Assembly (NCBI GenBank): GCA_020348985.1
Contig: CP070761.1
Coordinates: 2,712,109 to 2,739,286, forward strand
Reading direction: 5' to 3'
Source: Candidatus Thorarchaeota archaeon
GTDB taxonomy: Archaea; Asgardarchaeota; Thorarchaeia; Thorarchaeales; Thorarchaeaceae
DNA length: 27,178 nt
The notes beneath the pieces are model-generated. The model worked only from the letters and a program-made list of their open reading frames with translations. It had not been told where the DNA came from and ran no database searches. Positions 16,697-25,138 of this stretch are shown here, in pieces. A program made the position numbers and the translations under genes. How positions within the stretch are numbered: the first letter of the stretch is position 1; every line of letters begins with the position of its first letter.

Positions 16697-17620
16697 ATGG
16701 AGGCCGGTGAAGACGTACTACCACTCATAAGGATGAGAGTGGGATTCAGAAAGCCAGTGGAAGAGGTTTGGGATAGTTTCTTGGATTCGCTTATCATGCT
16801 TCAGTGGCTTGGTAATGAAATAAGCGGAGATTTCAAACCTGGGGGCTCAGTTAGATTCACAGGGAATAATGCTCCAACCACTTCAGAAATTGGGGACCAC
16901 TGGGATATTGAGCAAGTCCGAAAGCATCGTGCTATACTAGGCAGTTGGAGGATTCTTGGGGCTGAAACACTATTCATCCTTCGTTTTCGGCCCACCGAGA
17001 CCGGATCAGCTTTGGAACTCAAACATGGTGCAGTCCCAGAGTCCGCGAAGAGTTTCCACCTAGCTTCCCATTGGAACACACTTCTTGGAAACTTCAAGTC
17101 AGTCATCGAGCTCAGAAGCCCTGGAGTGCGCTTTGATTATTCGAAGTATCGTCCGCTCACACTCACTAGGTATGATCCAAAAGAGGTTCGTGTTAGTGTC
17201 TTGCTGAATGTGCCACCCTCACTTCCGTTTGATGTCTTCACCAATCCGGAGAAGCTCAGCAGATTCGTTCGAGCAGAGACTCCCGTAGTTGACAAGCAGT
17301 ATGCAGGTCTATACACATGGTGGGCCGAAGGCAAGGGTCCAGTTGTTATCACGAGTCTTGAACAGGAACGCGAGCTTGAGTTCTCTTGGGTATATGGTGA
17401 TGAACGAGAAACCCGCGTAAATATCAGATTCGAGCCTGTAAAGGATTCAACCCTTGTTACTTTGCATCATCATGGCTTCAATAGTCCCGAGGATGTCATT
17501 GGATATGACATTGGTTGGACTTCCATTCTGACTGAACTCAAACTGATCTGTGAGCTCGGCGATTCCGGGATTGTCAGACTCAGCGATTGGGAAGAAGAGG
17601 ACGATTCGGATTTCATCTGA
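16697..17620 (+). CDS. Tandem SRPBCC (START/Bet v1/AHSA1-like) domain protein
   Basis: Two repeats: PVEEVWDSF...LQW...F.PGG...GSW...LELKH...HWNTLLGNFK and PPSLPFDVFTNPEKL...FSW...ETRVNIRFEP...TLVTLHHHGF...GWTSILTELK. Start taken at ATG 16697. Confidence 0.8.
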   Translation: MEAGEDVLPLIRMRVGFRKPVEEVWDSFLDSLIMLQWLGNEISGDFKPGGSVRFTGNNAPTTSEIGDHWDIEQVRKHRAILGSWRILGAETLFILRFRPTETGSALELKHGAVPESAKSFHLASHWNTLLGNFKSVIELRSPGVRFDYSKYRPLTLTRYDPKEVRVSVLLNVPPSLPFDVFTNPEKLSRFVRAETPVVDKQYAGLYTWWAEGKGPVVITSLEQERELEFSWVYGDERETRVNIRFEPVKDSTLVTLHHHGFNSPEDVIGYDIGWTSILTELKLICELGDSGIVRLSDWEEEDDSDFI

Positions 17621-17624
17621 GCTT

Positions 17625-18365
17625 TCAGAATACGAGCAGTGGCATAGTAGGAAATACCAATAGCCACAACAATACTGCTGTAGCTAGCGGAATGAAGAAG
17701 TTGTCAGTCCACCCTACACTGAAGAACTCGATGATAGTAACTACAAGAGCAACCAATAACAGCTCAGGCACAACACACAGCGGACATGTGTCAACAGAAA
17801 ACACTGCGAGAGAGACTCCGAAAGCAAGTAATGAGACCAAGAATACTGATAGGGCTCCTTCCAAGGACTTGTTTGCCTTGGGTCTCCTGAATAGCCTTCC
17901 ACCATAGGGGCGGCCAACAATCTCCCCGGCCGCGTCCGCCCACGATACTGCCAGCATCGCCGATACGAAAATCTCGGGTCGCTGAAAGAAGACGATGAAC
18001 GCCGCGGCGAACGCAATCAACCCCATGAACCCGCTCGCGAAGGTGCTTAGGTTGCTCTCGCCCTCCCTACTTCCTGCCAGCAATAGCTCTTCAATCAAGT
18101 CGCTCTTGTGTGCCCAGGCATAGACCAAGACAGTGAGAAAGATGCCTGCAGCAAACGATGGGCCGCTGATGTTCGAGTAGGTCACAACTGTGAAAGCGAC
18201 CAGCGTGCCCATCACAACATGGACCAACTTCCGTGGCTTCCAGTGTTCAACGCCTTTTTGTGTCCATCTGAATGCGGCAGCAAGAACTACCCCCCCAACG
18301 ACACCAGTCATGAGAGCCATGAAGATATCAAGAGGGGCCAGTTCTCCAATCACAAATTCAAACAT
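17625..18365 (-). CDS. CTP-dependent polyprenol/phytol/dolichol/diacylglycerol kinase family membrane protein (SEC59/VTE5/DGK1-like)
   Basis: RKLVH, SWADAAGEIVG, NKSLEG, WTDNFFIP motifs within about 7-8 TM segments. Confidence 0.85.
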   Translation of the reverse strand: MFEFVIGELAPLDIFMALMTGVVGGVVLAAAFRWTQKGVEHWKPRKLVHVVMGTLVAFTVVTYSNISGPSFAAGIFLTVLVYAWAHKSDLIEELLLAGSREGESNLSTFASGFMGLIAFAAAFIVFFQRPEIFVSAMLAVSWADAAGEIVGRPYGGRLFRRPKANKSLEGALSVFLVSLLAFGVSLAVFSVDTCPLCVVPELLLVALVVTIIEFFSVGWTDNFFIPLATAVLLWLLVFPTMPLLVF

Positions 18366-18410
18366 TCTGCTTCCTCAGAAGTACATCCGCTCGTGGCTGA
18401 GTGTTTGAGC

Positions 18411-18467
18411 AAAAAAGAGATGCCTTATGGTTGTTTTCATGCTCCTGAGTTGCTTCCGCAAACTCAG
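18411..18467 (-). terminator. Putative terminator of the acyltransferase gene
   Basis: Minus-strand hairpin CUGAGUUUGC-GGAA-GCAACUCAG (18467-18445) overlapping the stop, followed by UCUCUUUUUU (18420-18411). Confidence 0.5.
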
Positions 18468-19864
18468 CTATGGATGAGCCCTCTAAGGATCTCCTCTGCT
18501 TTGTTGCGGATCTTTCTCATGTTCTCACCATCAACATAGCCATGAAGATGATTGAATGTGATTGTCAGTCTGCCACCCACGGTTATGACACCAAGAACGA
18601 TGTCAAATCCCATACCTGAAGTTGGCGCAAAGAAAGCCCTTTCGACTCGAATCCCCGGAACATCATTTGGCAATTCTATTCTTCCGAGATTGGTACTCAT
18701 GATGTCTGGTGTATTGCTTGCCATTCTTGCAATGAACTTTGCAGCTAAGCTTTCTTTCCGACCCGAGTATTCAGTCAGCTTCTCATGTCGGCTCTGATGC
18801 GGTTCAATCTGGTCACCAATGGATGAGATTACCATAGCATCCAGCAGTGTTTGGTCTAGGACGAAGTGATCTGAGACAGTGCCGAAGACATTGTTCTCGT
18901 CTAGATCCTTGGTGACAATCTTGTGATAGACTCGAACGTTTTCCCAGAAGGTTGCGTTCTCTTTGTAGTCGAGTTGGACAGATGATCCACCTGCATAGAA
19001 GCCAACTGCGTCACTGCAATCAACGCGCAATCTCTTTCTTGTGTCCACTGCTGTGGCAACCCTGGCTTTGCGATCATATGAGCCCACAGCTTCGATCCTT
19101 GCCCTAAGAATGGCCACTAGTATTGTGGAGTTGAGAGTGACATCATTTGCTCTGGAGACCTGGACAAGACTATTGGTTTCAATCTCATCAAACTCCATAA
19201 CTTCGTAGACATAGTGGGTGTTCTTCCAGGTTGCCTCCCAGATATTCAGCAAGTCTTCCTCGTCGAACAGTATTCTTTCCTTTGCCCACTTCTTGTTGAT
19301 GCGACCAATCATAGTGGACCTAAACCTGCCCATTGCCAGACCCTCTGGGAAGATTTCAGGTGTATGTGAGGGGGCTTCCCGTACCACTGGCGGCTCTCGG
19401 CCAGGATCCTTAAGGTGCAGTAGGATTTCTCTAAGGGCAAACTGGAGAGACCGGCCATCGCTAATCATGTGATGGCTCATTGCAATGAGTTCGGAAACAT
19501 CACTTCCCATCACGAGAACGAATCGTGTCAACGGACCAACCGATGGTCTCATCGGAATAGCAAACTCATGATTCAACACAGACATCCAGCTGTTGTCCGA
19601 AACCCTGGGGTGAACTTTCACGGGAACCTTGGCAGCACCCTCAGTCGTTGACCATTTGACACGCTCTTCGTTCCATTCCACTCTCACTCCAAATAGAGGA
19701 TAGGTCACAAGAAGCTTCTCAACCGCTTTCTCCATGGCTTCTCTAGTCACATGGCCTCGAAATCGCAAAACCAGTGAGATGAATGACGCCGGAGAAAACA
19801 GAAAGCGCCGTTCCTGACTTGTGATTTCTCGCTTGTATGGTATAATCTCTTGAGTAGTAGTCAT
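18464..19864 (-). CDS. Stand-alone condensation-domain / CoA-dependent acyltransferase (PapA5, alcohol acetyltransferase or WS-DGAT-like fold)
   Basis: SHHMISDGRS (HHxxxDG), YPLFGVRV, GPLTRFVL, SRANDVTLNS, AVDTRKRL, STNLGR, VITVGGRLTITF; 466 aa with no A or T domains. Confidence 0.82.
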   Translation of the reverse strand: MTTTQEIIPYKREITSQERRFLFSPASFISLVLRFRGHVTREAMEKAVEKLLVTYPLFGVRVEWNEERVKWSTTEGAAKVPVKVHPRVSDNSWMSVLNHEFAIPMRPSVGPLTRFVLVMGSDVSELIAMSHHMISDGRSLQFALREILLHLKDPGREPPVVREAPSHTPEIFPEGLAMGRFRSTMIGRINKKWAKERILFDEEDLLNIWEATWKNTHYVYEVMEFDEIETNSLVQVSRANDVTLNSTILVAILRARIEAVGSYDRKARVATAVDTRKRLRVDCSDAVGFYAGGSSVQLDYKENATFWENVRVYHKIVTKDLDENNVFGTVSDHFVLDQTLLDAMVISSIGDQIEPHQSRHEKLTEYSGRKESLAAKFIARMASNTPDIMSTNLGRIELPNDVPGIRVERAFFAPTSGMGFDIVLGVITVGGRLTITFNHLHGYVDGENMRKIRNKAEEILRGLIHS

Positions 19865-19881
19865 TTACTTCGAGTATTACT

Positions 19882-19914
19882 ATATTTCGTAACTTTTAAA
19901 TATTTGCGAAATAT
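19882..19914. promoter_or_regulatory. Inverted-repeat operator enclosing a bidirectional TATA box
   Basis: ATATTTCGTAA-N11-TTGCGAAATAT (10/11 symmetric); the spacer holds palindromic TTTAAA (19895-19900), 30 nt from both ATG 19864 (-) and ATG 19931 (+). Confidence 0.7.
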
Positions 19915-19930
19915 GCAATATCATGACAGA

Positions 19931-21067
19931 ATGACACTAGAAAAGATCAAACGCGAATTCGTTGACTACATGGAAAGGTCACGTGCTACCGAACCATATC
20001 CTCGTAAGTTCTTCGGGTGTTTGATTTCCATTATAATCGAAACTGAACCAACTAGTCAAGAACGAATTATGGAGTTGACCGGGTACTCTCAAGCAGCAGT
20101 CTCCCTGATACTCCAGAGAATTCAACTAGTAATGCCACTTAAGACTACACGAAAACTAGGAGATCGAAAACACTACTACGCATATGAGGGAACTCTTGAA
20201 GGTTTCATTCTCGATCTTTGGCAGAGGCGTCTAGAGGCGCAGGCCATTGACCCTGTACTTGTTGAAACAATGCTGCAGAAGGTCCGGAAAAAGGTTGACA
20301 ATGATCACGTCTTCGTGCGGTTCTTGGACTACCTTCAAAATGTTCAGCTCTACATGATTCTGGTTCAGGAAATGCGAAATGCTGCAATTGAGACATTCAG
20401 ACATGCCTCAGACACAGGATCTTTTGATACCCTGAGTCTTCAGGATGCTGAAGTTTTGGAGAAGGGGACGCTAGCAGACTTCCTGAGTATCTTCAGAGCG
20501 GCATCACTTGAATCTGATATTAACGATTCATGTTACGAAGATGCCTTGGAAGACTACACGCTTCTAAAGAGCGAGTACTTCACGAGCATAAAGACAAATC
20601 TTCCATCCCTCTATTCTCAAGCAGTTGCCAACCAGATTGTTGTGTTGCATGCTGTGATGCTTGATGGTTGTACCACTCAAGAAAGATTGGAGAAATCAAC
20701 TCTTCTTCCTAGAAGTACCATTTCTGAAGTGCTTGCGCAATCAGTGAGGGCGGGGATCGTAGAGGTCGTCAAAAAGGAGGGTTCACGAACAAAGTTGTAT
20801 CGTTCTAGGATTTCATTCGTTGGGTTTATGCTCAACTACTATGACCGTCTAGAGAGACAAGTGTCGGAAGGAACCGCGCGAATCTCAGAGTTCATTCAGT
20901 CCACTCGAAAGATACGTCCACAAACCAGCGATACGAAGAAGTTTCTAGATACTCTAAAGCGCCTTGAGAAGGCCTACTCATTCACTTTGAGGTTCTCCGA
21001 AAGCTCGAAGGTAGAAATGGTTACCAGACTAAGAGAAGAATATGCGCGTGGATTCGAGTTTGTTTAA
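19931..21067 (+). CDS. Transcriptional regulator with two GbsR/MarR-like winged-HTH units
   Basis: Unit 1 TSQERIMELTGYSQAAVSLILQRI...KLGDRKHYY; unit 2 TTQERLEKSTLLPRSTISEVLAQSVRAGIV...KEGSRTKLY. Start moved to ATG 19931, which removes the overlap with the divergent gene. Confidence 0.75.
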   Translation: MTLEKIKREFVDYMERSRATEPYPRKFFGCLISIIIETEPTSQERIMELTGYSQAAVSLILQRIQLVMPLKTTRKLGDRKHYYAYEGTLEGFILDLWQRRLEAQAIDPVLVETMLQKVRKKVDNDHVFVRFLDYLQNVQLYMILVQEMRNAAIETFRHASDTGSFDTLSLQDAEVLEKGTLADFLSIFRAASLESDINDSCYEDALEDYTLLKSEYFTSIKTNLPSLYSQAVANQIVVLHAVMLDGCTTQERLEKSTLLPRSTISEVLAQSVRAGIVEVVKKEGSRTKLYRSRISFVGFMLNYYDRLERQVSEGTARISEFIQSTRKIRPQTSDTKKFLDTLKRLEKAYSFTLRFSESSKVEMVTRLREEYARGFEFV

Positions 21068-21104
21068 CTGGATACGTGTTTGGCAATGTGTCAATTGTAT
21101 CTTC

Positions 21105-21143
21105 AAAAAAAAGGAGAAGAGGGAAGGCTCGAATCGAACCTTC
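21105..21143 (-). terminator. Putative terminator of the solute-binding protein gene
   Basis: Minus-strand hairpin GAAGGUUCG-AUU-CGAGCCUUC (21143-21123), then CCUCUUCUCC and U8 (21112-21105). Confidence 0.65.
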
Positions 21144-22554
21144 ACCTTTTACGGAACCAGACTACTGCAATTATGACGACAACTAAAACTACGCCAACAA
21201 CCACCGAGATAGTTACGAGATCAAAGGCCGGTTGAATTGGTGTGTAGTTCGTGTCAATAGGAGGTGCAACTGAATTGCGGTCGAGAGTTTCAACCAATTT
21301 GGCAATGATGAAACCTTCAGTCTCAGATCCAGATTCGTTGTCACGCCAAGCTTCCGCGATATACATTTCCGCAAGCCCTTGATGGTCCGCTGGCCGTAGG
21401 TACGTTGATCCCTTCGGCGCGTTTATAGTAATGCCGCTTTCCAAGTACGTTATCATCGACATGCTGTCCAGACTAGGCACAGCATTTGTGACATCTACCA
21501 GGAATTGGGCTGTTGCAAATGCACTTGCGGTAAACAGCTCAGGAACTCTGTACTGTAATCCAAAGGCACCATTGGGCCTTACGTTTCTGGCAACATGTTG
21601 TTCCACCATCCAATCATTTACATCATTGTCTGGCAACTGGTAGCCATACAGACAGAGCCCGGTAGCACCAACATAGGTCGCTGGTGGCGTCATACCCGCT
21701 TCAATTATGTTCATTGAAAGTATGTCGATACATGCTCCAGCGATTTCCATGCTGTCCGCAATATTATACGTACCAAAGTCAGCGTACATTTCCGCGAAGC
21801 TTCCTGCCCAGATCACAAACAGATAGTCAATTCCAGTGGATGCATCTGCAGCAAGTATATTGGTCAACTCCGGACTGAAATCAGTTGTACCAAGAGCCGC
21901 ATATTCCTCGATAACCACAGTTCCACCTTTTTCCTCAATTACAGCTTTCATTGATTCAACGCCACTGTAACCAAAGGAATAGTCTGCTGCAAGAAAGGCG
22001 AAATTCGTATGACCAAGGGTGTCCATGGCATAAGTAACCCCTGCGTATGCATCATGCCAGTTGTTTCTCGCTATTCGGAAAACATACTGATTGAGCAACG
22101 ATCCAGTAAGCGATGCATCTGCAGCTGGGGTTATGAAGAACAGCTTCTCGTATGTTTCGGCAATAGGTACAAGGGCTGCAGCTACACTACTATAGGTGGC
22201 TCCAACCAGAATGTCAATGCCATCTGTTTCTATCGCGGTCGTCGCCAGTGATGCTGCTTCGGTCACATCACCCTTTGTGTCATAGTAGTGAAACTCGTAG
22301 TCTCGACCGGCTTGAGTCTTGTTCTCGTTGTCATACCCCATCTCCGTTGTAGCATATATCATTCCAAGTTCGAAGCCCTGTTTTGTCCATGGTGCATAAA
22401 ACGAAAGACTAGCTGTTGTGAAGGGAGCAAAGATTCCGATCTTGATTGGATCTGTGTCTTGAGCAACAGCTGGTGTATACATGAAACAGGGTAGGAACAT
22501 GGATACTATCAATAGCGCGGAGAAGGAGATTGTAAACACTCTCATCCTATACAT
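21142..22554 (-). CDS. LivJ/HAAT-type (periplasmic binding protein type 1) ABC substrate-binding protein with signal peptide and C-terminal membrane anchor
   Basis: Signal peptide ending in TPAVA-QD; PIKIG, YDTKGD...A, DILVGATYSSVA, PAADASLTG, YVFR, AADYSFG, TTDFSPEL, APKG...LRPADHQ; C-terminal VTISVVVGVVLVVVIIAVVW-FRKR. Start ATG 22554 after GGAG. Confidence 0.88.
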   Translation of the reverse strand: MYRMRVFTISFSALLIVSMFLPCFMYTPAVAQDTDPIKIGIFAPFTTASLSFYAPWTKQGFELGMIYATTEMGYDNENKTQAGRDYEFHYYDTKGDVTEAASLATTAIETDGIDILVGATYSSVAAALVPIAETYEKLFFITPAADASLTGSLLNQYVFRIARNNWHDAYAGVTYAMDTLGHTNFAFLAADYSFGYSGVESMKAVIEEKGGTVVIEEYAALGTTDFSPELTNILAADASTGIDYLFVIWAGSFAEMYADFGTYNIADSMEIAGACIDILSMNIIEAGMTPPATYVGATGLCLYGYQLPDNDVNDWMVEQHVARNVRPNGAFGLQYRVPELFTASAFATAQFLVDVTNAVPSLDSMSMITYLESGITINAPKGSTYLRPADHQGLAEMYIAEAWRDNESGSETEGFIIAKLVETLDRNSVAPPIDTNYTPIQPAFDLVTISVVVGVVLVVVIIAVVWFRKR

Positions 22555-22718
22555 GTTCTCTACTCCAATAGCATTGCCCCGTGTTTGGGCGACGCTAGAC
22601 TCACAGGCATAGAGCATCTATGCCAACCTTCGATAATTGGGTTCTAGACTATATATCTCTTGAGGAACCTAGGCCTGAAGAGGTAATCAAAACTAAGAGC
22701 CATATCATGAAGAGCTTG

Positions 22719-23513
22719 CTACGAGGAATGCTTCTGCAAGAAACTCAGAACTATCCTATTGAATTCGTCAGGCTTCTCAAATGTGACAGCATGTCCCGAG
22801 TCTGGAATAATGGTCATTTCGGAATTGGGTAGAAGATCATGAATCAACTTTGAATATGGATAAGCTGGTTTCAGTATATCCTTCTCACCAGCAATGACAC
22901 AAGTCGGTGTCTTGATTTGTGGCAATTGGTCTGTGATATTAAGCTTCAGAAAGGCATCAAGCAGATTCACCAGTGCGGGATACTCCAGCTGGGTATAGCG
23001 TTGTCTTGCCGCTTCTAGTAGAACAGTGTTCTCCTCAATGAAGGTTTCTCTGAAATTGAGTGGTACTGTGGCATAGTAGAACAATTCAGGGTCTCCAAGC
23101 ACACAGACGTATCTCCATAGCTGACACATGTTGTAAAGCAATGGTCCAACAAATGAAACCGCGCTGCATACAACGAGGCTCTTCAACAATTCAGGATACT
23201 TCAACGCAAAGACTAGGCCCAATTCGCCTCCGTAGCTGATTCCGACATGGTGAGCTTTGAAGACACCGAGGCTTTCCAGAAGGGCCTTTTGATCATCTGC
23301 ATGGAGATCGAAAGAGTATGGGCCATCCGGCTTGCCACTTTGTCCTTGTCCTCGCATATCATACAAAATCATCTGATAGTCCTTGGAGAACGCTGGTTGC
23401 TGATTCACCCAGCCCAGAGTATTGGAGAAGACACCATTTCCGAAGACTACTGGTTCACCGTCTCCATGGATCTCGTAGTATATGTCAATTCCATTTACCT
23501 TCTCGAATGGCAT
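22719..23513 (-). CDS. Alpha/beta hydrolase (esterase, lactonase or thioesterase-like)
   Basis: YDMRGQG, GISYGG nucleophile elbow, GEKD, SGHAV..EKP; starts 2 nt after the upstream ligase stop. Confidence 0.9.
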   Translation of the reverse strand: MPFEKVNGIDIYYEIHGDGEPVVFGNGVFSNTLGWVNQQPAFSKDYQMILYDMRGQGQSGKPDGPYSFDLHADDQKALLESLGVFKAHHVGISYGGELGLVFALKYPELLKSLVVCSAVSFVGPLLYNMCQLWRYVCVLGDPELFYYATVPLNFRETFIEENTVLLEAARQRYTQLEYPALVNLLDAFLKLNITDQLPQIKTPTCVIAGEKDILKPAYPYSKLIHDLLPNSEMTIIPDSGHAVTFEKPDEFNRIVLSFLQKHSS

Positions 23514-23515
23514 TG

Positions 23516-25066
23516 CTACTCCTCTTCCTGACCAAAGTCTTCCTGCAATCTCCTCTTCAATATCTTCCCTGCTGCTGAGATGTATGGTGTGAAACTATCC
23601 ACAAAGACGACCGATTTGGGGATTTTGAATTTGGCCAGTTTACCACTACAGAATTCGATTATCTCATCTCCAGTGGCATCTTGTCCTGAATCAAGGACTA
23701 TAATGGCACGTCCTACTTCGCCCCATTTTGAATCAGGCACGCCTATCACCTGTACTTGTGAAATCTTCGGGTGTTGTTCCAGCAGCTTCTCAATCTCTCT
23801 TGGATAGACATTTTCGCCCCCAGAGATGAACATGTCCTTGACCCGGTCTACTACGAAGTAGAAACCTTCGTCATCGAAGTAGACCATATCTCCGGTTCTG
23901 AACCAACCATCATCATCCAAGAGAGTCCTGTTCAGCTCCGGGCGGTTCCAATAGCCTATTGTGACAGTGGGGCCTTTGAACAAGAGCTCACCAACTTCAT
24001 TTGCACCGCACTCCTTTCCAGTTTCTGGATCTACCACCTTTGCATCTATGAAGAAGTTAGGTGTACCTATACTGCCTATTTTCCTCTCGGCATGCCAAGT
24101 ATCGAGAGCAAAGCAGCCAGGTCCAACTTCTGTCATTCCAAAGCCCTGTTTGAATTTGACACCGTGGGTCTCTCGGTATGTTGCGATGATATCCACTGGA
24201 AGAGGTTCACCACCTGATGTCAAGAAACGAACGCTGCTGAAATCAATTGATTCGAAATTAGGATGGTTCATGAGCATTCTGTATTGTGTGGGCACAGCAA
24301 AGAAGAAACTGGGATTCTCCGTATTGACTATCTCTATCAGTTTATCTAGATCCCAGCTCTTCATCTGCACCACCTTCCCCCCAAGTATGAAGAGGGGAAT
24401 TGCATAGACGTAGAGTCCTCCCACATGAAACAATGGCAGATGGTTAATGTAGACATCACCAGGGAGGATGTCCCGAATTGTACTCAAAGTATTGAATGCG
24501 ACCTGTCGGTAGGTAATCATTGCACCTTTTGGTAATCCTGTCGTACCTCCGGTGAAGACGATACCCATGGGATCTTCATAGGTGAGAGTGACTGGGTTGG
24601 GTGGACTGGTTGGCGCATTACTCATCAGGTCTTCGTAGACAAGAGAATCTTTCACGCCCGCTACCTCTGAATTCAGAGTGAACCAATTGTCAACGGCAAC
24701 CTCTTGTTGCAACTCAGATGCAACGCCGGCCAAATTCCTATCATAGAATAACACGGACGGAGCAAGATCAGTGATTAGGCCTGCCAATTCTCGGGCCACC
24801 AATCGCCAGTTAAGTGGGCTGAATATTCCTCCACACTTCTGACATCCAAAGAAGGCCTCCCAATATTCCAGGCTATTATGAGCTAGAATGGCTAGACGAT
24901 CTCCTTTCTTGAATTTCACAGTCTGCTGAAGGACGTTGGCAACCTGGTTCGCTCTCTCGTTGAATTCTCGATATGTCCGCCTCTTGCCAGTTTCCGCATC
25001 AACCAGAGCTTCAGCCTCCGGGGAGAAGACTTCCCTCTTCGACATGAAATCGAATTGACTAACCAC
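23516..25066 (-). CDS. Acyl-CoA synthetase / AMP-dependent ligase (second paralogue)
   Basis: FTGGTTGLPKG, PLFHVGG, GFGMTE, RTGD, DRVKDMFISGGENV, SAAGKILK; GTG start after GAGGG. Confidence 0.92.
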   Translation of the reverse strand: MVSQFDFMSKREVFSPEAEALVDAETGKRRTYREFNERANQVANVLQQTVKFKKGDRLAILAHNSLEYWEAFFGCQKCGGIFSPLNWRLVARELAGLITDLAPSVLFYDRNLAGVASELQQEVAVDNWFTLNSEVAGVKDSLVYEDLMSNAPTSPPNPVTLTYEDPMGIVFTGGTTGLPKGAMITYRQVAFNTLSTIRDILPGDVYINHLPLFHVGGLYVYAIPLFILGGKVVQMKSWDLDKLIEIVNTENPSFFFAVPTQYRMLMNHPNFESIDFSSVRFLTSGGEPLPVDIIATYRETHGVKFKQGFGMTEVGPGCFALDTWHAERKIGSIGTPNFFIDAKVVDPETGKECGANEVGELLFKGPTVTIGYWNRPELNRTLLDDDGWFRTGDMVYFDDEGFYFVVDRVKDMFISGGENVYPREIEKLLEQHPKISQVQVIGVPDSKWGEVGRAIIVLDSGQDATGDEIIEFCSGKLAKFKIPKSVVFVDSFTPYISAAGKILKRRLQEDFGQEEE

Positions 25067-25138
25067 AAGTATTCCCTCAAAGAGAGTTCAATCAGCACTC
25101 AATTCCTAGTAGCCAAGCACTACGAGGATAAAAACTCT

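Noticed and set aside
21130-21143. GGTTCGATTC on the minus strand resembles a tRNA T-loop
   Set aside because: The flanks do not form a T-stem, there is no cloverleaf, and the upstream sequence is the SBP coding end; better explained as a terminator hairpin.
9821-25066. Calling either ligase menE or an NRPS adenylation module
   Set aside because: No men genes and no carrier domain are in the window; substrate cannot be read from the motifs.
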